Shown piece after piece: positions 37,013-45,204 of a stretch of DNA of 64,000 bases. Origin of the DNA: Clostridiales bacterium (GTDB lineage Bacteria; Bacillota; Clostridia; Oscillospirales; CAG-272). The stretch's first letter is position 1; every line of letters begins with the position of its first letter. The DNA is taken from positions 5,514 to 69,513 of the forward strand of contig DULN01000006.1 in assembly GCA_012840355.1 (NCBI GenBank), given 5' to 3'. A program made the translations under genes and the position numbers. The notes under the pieces are model-generated. The model searched no databases, was not told the origin of the DNA, and saw only the letters and a program-made list of their open reading frames with translations.

Positions 37013-38492
37013 AGTCCTCAAGCCTGCTGTACATTTCAATTATATCCTGCAAGCCTTTTTCCGCGCCTTTTTGTATGCGCGCCCATTCGGATGCGACGTC
37101 GTATTTTTTGCTTCCAAGCAAAGTCCTGCAGATAAGCCCGGCGTTGTTTAGCGCGTAGTTATAAGCGTAAACAAAGTCTGTCTTCGCCGAGTTTTTAATC
37201 AAATCGATTATAATCCCAGCGGTGTTGTCGCGCGTGTATTTGACTTTCAGTGCCATCTCATAGAATGCCGGTATAACAGTCCGATAGTTTTGCGCGCAAA
37301 TCGCTTCTAGCGTCGCGCTCGCTTCATCGAATATCTGGCATGTTACCGGAATGCAGTATACCGTAGCGCTGTCGTGAACAAGCGCACCATATTCTTTTTG
37401 GGACTCGTTGAATTTTGGGAAAGGTATTATCCCATACTCTTCTTTCATTTCCCTCAAGGATAGGCAGGACACAAAGCGGTTTATTAAAAACAGCGTGCCG
37501 CCATTTGCAAAACGCGTTCGCATCAGCGTTTCATCAGAGGTGACGTAGACGCCTTCGTTGTTATAGTAAAGGTCATAAAGGGTTTGCATATAGCTTACAA
37601 AATAGTCGGTCAAAACATTGAGCGAGGGGATTCCGTCACTGTCTCGAGTGCACATCACATTGCCCGCCGTATATGTAAAATGATCGGGTTCGGTGCTGGT
37701 GCGTGCCATAAAGCCGTATAAATCGTTCTCGTCACGCTTACTGTCACCGTTTATATCCCGGTATGCAAGCTTGCAGTATTTCGATAGCTCATCGTAGGTC
37801 CATTTCCCGTCAAGCACAAGTTTGTAAATGTTGTCCGCCGGCGTCCCTAGGTCTTCCATCATGTTTTTGTTAAAGAAAATGCAGCTCATATTGTAAATAC
37901 TGGACAGCGAAATGTCGCCGTTTAAAAAGAAAGTTTTAGCTTTTCCAATCTTTAGCTCGTTTATGTAGTCCTCCCACCACCACGGCTGTGAAAGTTCAAT
38001 ATATTGGCTTTTGTTCAGGTTCATGTACATGCCCTCGAGCGCTTGGGGCAGGACAATCCACTGCGCGCCGCTGACAAGGTCAAAGTCGTCGGAACCGGAG
38101 GTTATCGAGTTGCGCAGCACGTTCCCATGGTCGGCAGGCGCGCCGTCGAATGTGGCAACGATTTTTATGTTGAGCCTTTCCTCCACCATGCGGTTGCGAT
38201 TATAAACCGCGTCGTCGACAATGTCGCCGGAAAGTTCAGGGTATACTTCCTGAACGTTAATATCCCCGGAGCGGCTAGTTATGCGTATGGAGATACCGCC
38301 GAAATCGAGGTCGTCAGGCAGCGAGTCGGGCGTGAGTTCGCGCGGGATTTCGGAAGTTTCGTCAATATCGGATGCCATTTCTTTTATTGAGCCGTTTTTA
38401 GCCGTTTCCGATGTACCCGCGCATGCCGTAAATGTAACAGTTAGAGCTATCAAAAGCGACAGAAAATTTAAAATACCCATGCGCCTTAACAT
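37011..38492 (-). CDS. solute-binding lipoprotein paralogue 7
   Basis: SD AAGGAGG. Lipobox FTAC. Motifs VDDAVYNRN, DGKWTYD, MKEEYGIIPFPKF. Confidence 0.8.
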   Translation of the reverse strand: MLRRMGILNFLSLLIALTVTFTACAGTSETAKNGSIKEMASDIDETSEIPRELTPDSLPDDLDFGGISIRITSRSGDINVQEVYPELSGDIVDDAVYNRNRMVEERLNIKIVATFDGAPADHGNVLRNSITSGSDDFDLVSGAQWIVLPQALEGMYMNLNKSQYIELSQPWWWEDYINELKIGKAKTFFLNGDISLSSIYNMSCIFFNKNMMEDLGTPADNIYKLVLDGKWTYDELSKYCKLAYRDINGDSKRDENDLYGFMARTSTEPDHFTYTAGNVMCTRDSDGIPSLNVLTDYFVSYMQTLYDLYYNNEGVYVTSDETLMRTRFANGGTLFLINRFVSCLSLREMKEEYGIIPFPKFNESQKEYGALVHDSATVYCIPVTCQIFDEASATLEAICAQNYRTVIPAFYEMALKVKYTRDNTAGIIIDLIKNSAKTDFVYAYNYALNNAGLICRTLLGSKKYDVASEWARIQKGAEKGLQDIIEMYSRLED

Positions 38493-38649
38493 AAAATGCC
38501 TCCTTTTTCCATTGCTGCATATTATTATATCATATTTATTAATGTTGGCGCAAATAATTAATATATAGAATTAGATATTTATAAAAATTACATAAAACAT
38601 ATCATAATATTTGTACGAAAAACATGTTGCGCTGTCACAGGTCTCGGAT

Positions 38650-38688
38650 TTTGAAAAAGAAAAGGAGCAGAAAAGGTGGTTCTGCTCC
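38650..38688 (-). terminator. intrinsic terminator after the FAD-oxidoreductase gene
   Basis: GGAGCAGAA (38664-38672) / TTCTGCTCC (38680-38688). On the minus strand it is followed by TTTTCTTTTTC. Confidence 0.6.
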
Positions 38689-38722
38689 TTAAATAATAAC
38701 TGCTTGCACGTGCTGCATTTTA

Positions 38723-39892
38723 TCAAGGCGAAATTCGCACGCCATTTTTTATAAGGGATTGCTGCAGTGCTTTTATATCAAGCGATGCAAATTCGTCGCT
38801 CATCGCGGCGGCGGTGCCTGCTGCCTGACCGGTGACGGCGCAGCATGGGATCACACGCGTGACGTCCCACATACGATCGGTCACCGAAATGCATCTCCCG
38901 GCGGCGAGGAGGTTTTTGATTTCTTTCCCATACAGCGCTTCAAAAGGTATCGCGTATACGGGCCCGCTGCGGCGCCAGTCGCCGGTAAGCCCAACTGAGG
39001 TTTCCAAGGACTCATGCGGGTGTTCGTCGCTCAGCACCGTGACGCCTTCAAGCCTGCGGGTCATCCTTAGCTGAGGTATGGCTGGCACGGCGACTGGCCA
39101 GTATTGTTTTGCGGTTTCCCTTTGGCGGAGCACATCAAATAGGATTTGCTCGTGCGAGCGGTAGAGCATCTCGCTTATCTCAAAGGCGTCAAGCCCGGAA
39201 TACCTCTCCGCGCCTGTATCATCGTATATACCGTCAGCCGAGCCTAGTATTTTTAAGCCATACGCGCCGTCGCGATGGTAATAATACCATGCTGCAAGCA
39301 GGTTCTTTTTCGCAAACACCGCGGTTTTTGCGTCGGCGAGCCGGCAAATGTCCGCATCGCCGGTCGCGTCGACAAAGGATTTCGCGGCAATTGCAACCCT
39401 GCCGCTTTTCGTTTCAAATATAACCGAGCGGATTTTACCATCTTTGACTGATGTGGCGCAAGCTAGCACCCCGTAAAGGATTTTCACCCCCTCGTCGAGA
39501 AGCAGTCGCTCCGCTTCAATTGCAAAAAGATGAGGGTTAAACTGCACCTCGTAGCGCACGGCTTTCCTCTCTTCCGGATTGCCGCCGTCGAGCCACGCCT
39601 TGGGGTATTTTCCCTCTGCACCATGCTTGATCGAAAGCTTTAGTAGCTCCTCACCGATCCCGAAGATAACCTGGTTGCCCATTCCGTCGCAGAGTGGAAG
39701 GTAGATTGTGACAAGCCCCAAAGTCGCAAGCCCGCCGAGCAAAAACTCCCTTTCTGCCAGAACAACGCGAGCTCCATGGCGCGCAGCCGCCAATGCCGCC
39801 GCGATGCCCGCCACGCCGCCGCCCACGACTAAAACGTCGCAGTCGCATAAAATCGGCACCTTTTGCTTTTCCTCTTCTATGTAGCCGCTCAA
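38723..39892 (-). CDS. FAD-dependent oxidoreductase (FAD_oxidored / PF12831-like)
   Basis: ORF 38723-39931. Preferred start TTG 39892, 5 nt after AGGAGGG. Dinucleotide-binding motif DVLVVGGGVAGIAAALAAARHGARV. C-terminal AGRCIS...VTGQAAGTAAA. Confidence 0.75.
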   Translation of the reverse strand: MSGYIEEEKQKVPILCDCDVLVVGGGVAGIAAALAAARHGARVVLAEREFLLGGLATLGLVTIYLPLCDGMGNQVIFGIGEELLKLSIKHGAEGKYPKAWLDGGNPEERKAVRYEVQFNPHLFAIEAERLLLDEGVKILYGVLACATSVKDGKIRSVIFETKSGRVAIAAKSFVDATGDADICRLADAKTAVFAKKNLLAAWYYYHRDGAYGLKILGSADGIYDDTGAERYSGLDAFEISEMLYRSHEQILFDVLRQRETAKQYWPVAVPAIPQLRMTRRLEGVTVLSDEHPHESLETSVGLTGDWRRSGPVYAIPFEALYGKEIKNLLAAGRCISVTDRMWDVTRVIPCCAVTGQAAGTAAAMSDEFASLDIKALQQSLIKNGVRISP

Positions 39893-40071
39893 AAAAATCC
39901 CTCCTAAAATTGCAGCTGGCTTGTAACGCATGCTGCCTATACCCGCGCTAACATGTTACTAACATAATTATACCATGGATATTTAAAATACCGTACTTTG
40001 CATAAAGAATATTGAAAAAAGGCTAAAAATGGGATATACTTAGATTAGCCAACAATAGTGGGGGTGTAAGA

Positions 40072-40380
40072 ATGCCTGAATTCGGGCACGCGTTTTCCGG
40101 ACTAGCAAAGGATCGCAAGCTCACGCACGAGGAGCTTATCCGGGCTATTAGATTCATGATCGCCGCTGAGTACGAGGCGATACAGCTTTATATGCAGCTT
40201 GCAGAGTCGACCGACAACAAGCTGGCAATAGAGGTGCTTCGCGACATCGCCGATGAAGAGAGGGTCCATGCCGGCGAGTTTTTAAGGTTGCTTAAGGAGC
40301 TTGCGCCTGACGAGGAAAAATTCTACGCCGAAGGTGTCGAAGAAGTAGAAGAGATCATCAAAAAGCTGAAAAAACAGTAA
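40072..40380 (+). CDS. EncFtn-like (encapsulated-ferritin family) small ferritin-like protein
   Basis: 102 aa. LTHEELIRAIRFMIAAEYEAIQLYMQLAESTDN...LRDIADEERVHAGEFLRLLKEL carries the E ... ExxH pattern of the EncFtn-type di-iron site. The C-terminus (EEVEEIIKKLKKQ) lacks an encapsulin targeting peptide. Confidence 0.65.
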   Translation: MPEFGHAFSGLAKDRKLTHEELIRAIRFMIAAEYEAIQLYMQLAESTDNKLAIEVLRDIADEERVHAGEFLRLLKELAPDEEKFYAEGVEEVEEIIKKLKKQ

Positions 40381-40388
40381 AAACTATG

Positions 40389-40423
40389 GCACCCTGCGCC
40401 AAAGCCGCGTAGGGTGCTTTTTG
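40389..40423 (+). terminator. intrinsic terminator
   Basis: GCACCCT (40389-40395) ... AGGGTGC (40411-40417) followed by a T5 run. Confidence 0.65.
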
Positions 40424-40523
40424 GCGCGTGGCTCAGGATTATTTTTTGTTTTGGCTTGATATTATTTCCAGCGCAAGCTATTATAATAACAATGGCTTAA
40501 AAATTAAATGGAGGAAGCCCATA

Positions 40524-42518
40524 ATGAAGCATGTCATATACATAAAACCCGGAGCGGCAGGCGGCGACGGCACAAAAAATGAGCCAATCGGCAACATTTT
40601 CGAGGCTCAAAAGAAAGTGCGGGAGCTGCTAGCGGCCCCCGATACAGAAAGCGTCACCGTGAAGATTGCGCCGGGCGAGTATAATATAGTCTCGCCGATA
40701 GAGTTTGACTCTAGCGACTCGGGAAAGCCGGGCAGCCCAGTCGTTTGGGAGTGCGAAGGGGGGCGCGCGCTGATTCATGCGTCGATAGCTGTTGGGAAAG
40801 GGCAAATAACGAGGGTTTTGCCGGACGACCCGCTTTATAGCAGGCTGCCTTGCCCGGAGAAGACGCTGCAGTTTGACCTTGGCAAGCTTGGGGTTGCGCC
40901 TGAGGTGTATTCAGAAGGCTGCCATGGGTTTGGCATGGCTTACTCGGGCAAAAACCCCATGCGGGACGGCTCGGATATCGAGCTTTTTGTAGACGGCATG
41001 CCGTTTATCCGCGCGCGTTATCCGAACGATGGTTTTGTAGAGGTTGAGCGGTCGTCGGACAGGGAGAGCGCGGTCTTCGGCTACAGTGACCCTCGTCCTG
41101 AAAGCTGGGCATCGCTTGAGGGCGTGCGGCTGCATGGATACTTTTATTTCGATTGGGCCGACGCCTCGGTAGCGCTTGGCGAGCTTGATAAAGAAAACAA
41201 AACAATAACTCTTGCCGAGATGCCGCACTATGGTATAAAAAACGGCCAGCGCTATTACTATTACAATATCCCTGAAGAGCTTGATATGCCCGGTGAGTGG
41301 TACCTTGACGCTTCAACTGGACGCGCGTATTTTCTACCGCCTGAAAACTTTGGCGAGGTACGTGTTACAGTTGCAAAACACCGGCTGTTACGGGCAAACG
41401 GCGCGTCGAATATTGTTTTCCGTAACCTTGCATTCGGCTATACTCGAGCCGACGCGATAGATATAACCGGCGGCGAAAACCTCATTTTCGAAGGCTGTGA
41501 AATCTACAACATTGGTAAAAAAGCGGTGCTGATAGGGCACGGCGGCAATACGCCGTTCGGCGTGCTCGGAGACGGCGGTAAAAACCACCTCTTTACCGGC
41601 TGCCGCGTGCATAGCTGCGGGTTTGGCGGCTTTGATATAAGGGCTGGTGACCGCAACACTCTCGAGCCGACCGGCATAACGATTGAGCGCTGCGATATTC
41701 ACGGCTGCTCGCGCATCGGCAAAACCTACTGCTTCGGGATAGCGCTAAACGCGGTGGGCGCGCGGGTGGCTCATAACAAACTGCACGACTCACCGCACAG
41801 CGTGCTATTTTTCTCGGGCAACGATAACATAATCGAGTACAACGAGGTATACGACGTGCTGCGAGAGTCGGACGATGCCTCGGCGTTTTATACCGGCAGG
41901 GACTACACCTCACAGGGGCATATTATAAGGTATAACTTCTTCCACGATTTAGCCAGCGATGCGCATGTTGGGGTCGGGATTTTCGGCGTGTATGCCGATG
42001 ACAACTCGGCTAATGTCACTTTCTACGGCAACGTATTCCTCAACGTCCAATCCGCTTGCCACCTGCACGGCGGGCATGATATAACATTTGAGAACAACCT
42101 AATTGTCGGAGGTAGGCCGGAATCGAAGTTCGCGGTGTCGCTGAGCCAATATTGGTTCCCCGGCTCGCTCAAAGAGGGCGGCGAGCATATTAGGCGGCTT
42201 GAGGCTACGCCGTGGCAAAACGAGGTGTGGAAAAAGAAATACCCGAAAATAGCCGAATACCTATCGTGGGACCCCGAAACAGAGCAGCGCTTTCCGCATT
42301 ATGCGAGGATAGTAAATAATGTGATAATAAACCACAAGCATATAGACATTAACTTCGACCATACAAACCCGAAATACAAAAACACGGTCGAAGGCAACGT
42401 CTGGATGTCGGTCGACCCCGCGATGCAAACTAAAGAACATCTACCCGAACTTATGAAAATGGCAGCCGAGGCTTGCCCTGGGTTCAAAGAGCTTCCGCTT
42501 GACGAAATTTTAGGCTAA
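40524..42518 (+). CDS. right-handed parallel beta-helix repeat protein, cytoplasmic (putative glycan lyase/hydrolase)
   Basis: ORF 40428-42518. ATG 40524 after TGGAGGA. Repeated beta-helix turns (NLIFEGCEIYNIG, ITIERCDIHGC, NIIEYNEVYDV, IIRYNFFHDL, ITFENNLIVG). No signal peptide. Confidence 0.7.
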   Translation: MKHVIYIKPGAAGGDGTKNEPIGNIFEAQKKVRELLAAPDTESVTVKIAPGEYNIVSPIEFDSSDSGKPGSPVVWECEGGRALIHASIAVGKGQITRVLPDDPLYSRLPCPEKTLQFDLGKLGVAPEVYSEGCHGFGMAYSGKNPMRDGSDIELFVDGMPFIRARYPNDGFVEVERSSDRESAVFGYSDPRPESWASLEGVRLHGYFYFDWADASVALGELDKENKTITLAEMPHYGIKNGQRYYYYNIPEELDMPGEWYLDASTGRAYFLPPENFGEVRVTVAKHRLLRANGASNIVFRNLAFGYTRADAIDITGGENLIFEGCEIYNIGKKAVLIGHGGNTPFGVLGDGGKNHLFTGCRVHSCGFGGFDIRAGDRNTLEPTGITIERCDIHGCSRIGKTYCFGIALNAVGARVAHNKLHDSPHSVLFFSGNDNIIEYNEVYDVLRESDDASAFYTGRDYTSQGHIIRYNFFHDLASDAHVGVGIFGVYADDNSANVTFYGNVFLNVQSACHLHGGHDITFENNLIVGGRPESKFAVSLSQYWFPGSLKEGGEHIRRLEATPWQNEVWKKKYPKIAEYLSWDPETEQRFPHYARIVNNVIINHKHIDINFDHTNPKYKNTVEGNVWMSVDPAMQTKEHLPELMKMAAEACPGFKELPLDEILG

Positions 42519-42527
42519 AAAAACATA

Positions 42528-42577
42528 CCCCACCTTTGCGGCGGAGTTTGCCTGCATAGGTGGGGCATTATTTTTTG
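42528..42577 (+). terminator. intrinsic terminator
   Basis: CCCCACCT (42528-42535) ... AGGTGGGG (42558-42565) followed by CATTATTTTTT. Confidence 0.65.
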
Positions 42578-42943
42578 CCCAGCAGCTTGCGAAGCTGAAA
42601 AGCTCGGATAGCTATCCCTGCAGCGCTCCCGGGTTATTACCAGGGGCGCCGAAAGGACGGACGGCGTATCAAACGCAACAAGGAAGTGGTTCATTTTACT
42701 AGTCCTTAACTTTGTAGTATAGCAGATTTTATCATCGCGCGAAGCCGATGTCAATGTGACATCTTTAAATTATTTGGTATAGCTGTTAATTTATTGTTAA
42801 AGAGCTTGGTGTATAAAGTAATTATCAGCGGATTTTCGGTCCCCGCCATAAAATGCGATATTGCATCCGCGTGCAATTTGAGAATATGACCTGTCTTTCG
42901 GCATGGATGCTATGACGGGAATTCTGGAACGGGATGTGATATT

Positions 42944-43645
42944 GTGGAAAGGCGCCTTTTATCGGTTGATTGGGACTATTTTGTCAAAGAGGACGATATA
43001 AACTACGGTTCATATGCTGAAAGCCGAAAAAACCTGGTCGACACCTGGTATAAAAGATATATAAAAGAAAAAGCGCAAGGCAGGGATATAGAAAAACTAT
43101 ACCACCTTTTACCGGAAAACCGGATGTTTTGGGAAAAAATTGAGCAATATTTCGCGTTTACGGGCGATGTTGAGGTTTATGTTTCAGACTCGCATGCTTT
43201 GTCTTACGAAATAGCAAAAAAGACAGGCTGCGACACCGTCTATCTTTTTGACTCGCACACCGATCTCGGCTATGGCGGGCCACAGTCGCTCGATTTTGAG
43301 CTTAACTGTTCAAACTGGCTCGGAATGCTTTTGAGGGATAGGGTAGCAAAAGCGGCGTACATATTCCTAAGCATGCACACCCACGAGCGGCCCGAGATGT
43401 TTGACTGGGCAAACAGGGCTTTTAATATCAAATACTGTGACTTAGCCGAGTTTGTGCAAAAGATTACGGTTTCGGCTGTCCACATCTGCAGGTCGGGCGC
43501 GTGGACCCCGCCGTGGTTTGACAGCGAATTTGAAGAATTTGTCGCCGCGCTCGGGATTGCATATAAAACTATTGACTGCCCCAAAAGGGATTGGGAGCCC
43601 GAAAATCTTAATTTTTCGCAGGAAATACTGTACCTACTAGCTTAA
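42944..43645 (+). CDS. hypothetical protein (possibly UPF0489 / arginase-fold-like)
   Basis: 233-aa ORF, GTG start, weak SD. SVDWDYF and YLFDSHTDLGYG motifs resemble the D-x-D and D-x-H-x-D metal motifs of arginase/deacetylase-like folds. The assignment is tentative. Confidence 0.5.
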   Translation: MERRLLSVDWDYFVKEDDINYGSYAESRKNLVDTWYKRYIKEKAQGRDIEKLYHLLPENRMFWEKIEQYFAFTGDVEVYVSDSHALSYEIAKKTGCDTVYLFDSHTDLGYGGPQSLDFELNCSNWLGMLLRDRVAKAAYIFLSMHTHERPEMFDWANRAFNIKYCDLAEFVQKITVSAVHICRSGAWTPPWFDSEFEEFVAALGIAYKTIDCPKRDWEPENLNFSQEILYLLA

Positions 43646-43759
43646 GACCTCTTGGCAAAATTACGCCGAGGGGTTTTCATCTTTTTGTTGTCTTTGCCAT
43701 CCGGCGGTAATATAATTAAGAGGGCATATCGGCTAAAAGCAACATTCGAGAAGGCTTGT

Positions 43760-44044
43760 ATGATGGCAAATGCGGCTGCGGACAGCGTCCATATGATGGT
43801 GCCGCGGGAAAAGATGAGCCGCGGAGCGAGGCTTATGAGGGTAGTTTACGGCTTGTACCCGGCGCGCCAATTTTACCAGGCGGAGTTTGGCTTTTACTCG
43901 ATCGAGCGCTGGAGGAAGAGAAGGGTAAATAGTCGTTACACCGACCTAAACGCCTTGTTCGGTTACGACCCGCCCGGAAGGCATCATCTCGGCGGGCTAG
44001 GATGGTGCGAGGCGGGTGCCGGGCGGAGCTATTTTGGCTTTTGA
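43760..44044 (+). pseudogene. possible N-terminal remnant of a URO-D-like gene
   Basis: Part of ORF 43652-44044. From MMANAAADSVHMMVPREKMSRGARL...ERWRK...LNALFGYDP it loosely resembles the N-termini of the two URO-D-like genes further right. The ORF dies inside the 3' end of the convergent AraC gene. Weak call. Confidence 0.3.
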
Positions 44045-44913
44045 AGCTTTGCGTTTTTATCGCGGTATTCCTGCGGGGTCTGAGATTTTAATGCCTTAAA
44101 ATCCGCGATGAAGTGGCTGACGGATTTGTACCCTGTTTCAATCGCGACTCGCTTTATCGGGTAGCTTGTCAAATCAAGGAGCTGGCATGCCTTCATTATC
44201 CGGTATTTTTTAATATACTCAATCGGCGTGTGTCCGGTGTAATATTTGAAAATGCGAATGGTGTGGCCGGCGGATTTGCAAATAAGCCTGCTGAGGTCGT
44301 CTATAGTGATTTTTTCCATATAGTGCGCTTCGATATAGCTTAGGATTTCCTTGATTATATCGCCGTTGTCGGGTCCCATGCTAACGTCTTTGACGGCTTG
44401 CTCGAGCAAGTCGTGCAGCAGCAAGCCGATAATGCGCGAGTCGTTTATTTCGGCTTCTATGCCGAAGTTTTGAGACTCGAGCAATATGTCTATTTTGTCG
44501 GTAAGCTGCCGGATGTTGGTGGCGGGGAAGACATACCCGCGCTTTTGAGATATAAAATCGAGGATGTTTGTGTTTTTGCTCTTTTTAATGTTTATCCAGA
44601 AAAATTCCCAAACGGCACCCTTAGTGCTATAGCTGTGCTGAATGCTTGGCGGGAATATGCATATCTTGTTTTTGTCGGCTTTGTAGCTGTTATTGTTTAT
44701 AACTATATCTCCGCACCCGCCGATCGAAAGGATTACAAGATACTCGTCTTGCAAGCCTTCCGGCCTGTGTAACCCGTAATTTTCGTTAACACAATGCCAA
44801 CCAAAGTGAGTCGCCACATTTAGGATACCGTCAAGCGTCCCGGAACTAATGCGACGTATTTCCTTGGTTTCCCCGCAATAAGTGTCGTTGATGTAAAGCT
44901 TGGATTTGTCCAT
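44029..44913 (-). CDS. AraC-family transcriptional regulator
   Basis: ORF 44029-44973. ATG 44913 (MDKSKLY) after GAGGA. Cupin-like N-domain and complete double HTH (...DLSRLICKSAGHTIRIFKYYTGHTPIEYIKKYRIMKACQLL...IETGYKSVSHFIADFKALKSQTPQEYR). Confidence 0.85.
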   Translation of the reverse strand: MDKSKLYINDTYCGETKEIRRISSGTLDGILNVATHFGWHCVNENYGLHRPEGLQDEYLVILSIGGCGDIVINNNSYKADKNKICIFPPSIQHSYSTKGAVWEFFWINIKKSKNTNILDFISQKRGYVFPATNIRQLTDKIDILLESQNFGIEAEINDSRIIGLLLHDLLEQAVKDVSMGPDNGDIIKEILSYIEAHYMEKITIDDLSRLICKSAGHTIRIFKYYTGHTPIEYIKKYRIMKACQLLDLTSYPIKRVAIETGYKSVSHFIADFKALKSQTPQEYRDKNAKLQKPK

Positions 44914-45204
44914 TTTTATCCTCGACTTTATTGTAACCAAAGTGAACTGTTGCGATGTAGACAGAAAAGTCAAGCGGAAAGAAAGATATTAATATACCTA
45001 ATTATAAATCCTGAATCCTAGATTTTCAATCACAAAACCGCATAGTCAGAATTCACCAGCATATATCGCGAGGGGATATATCCCTTTGCTAATTATTTCG
45101 TGGAAAATTTTAATATAAAAAGCAACAATGCTTAATATTGTCAGTGCTCCTTAATTGTTTGCTATAATGTAGCAAAAATAAAAGCACGGAGAGGTGAAGG
45201 GCAA

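Noticed and set aside
40072-42518. Possible encapsulin nanocompartment operon (EncFtn-like gene followed by a large ORF)
   Set aside because: The downstream ORF is a 664-aa beta-helix repeat protein, not an HK97-fold shell protein. A terminator separates the two genes, and the EncFtn-like protein lacks a cargo-loading peptide.
42580-42943. Possible riboswitch or ncRNA in the GC-rich, hairpin-containing spacer (e.g. CAGCTTCGCAAGCTG, GATGTCA-ATG-TGACATC, ATTGCA-N6-TGCAAT)
   Set aside because: I could not match any known RNA family, and there is no terminator/antiterminator arrangement in front of 42944. These may be operator-like palindromes or relic sequence, and the evidence is insufficient for a call.
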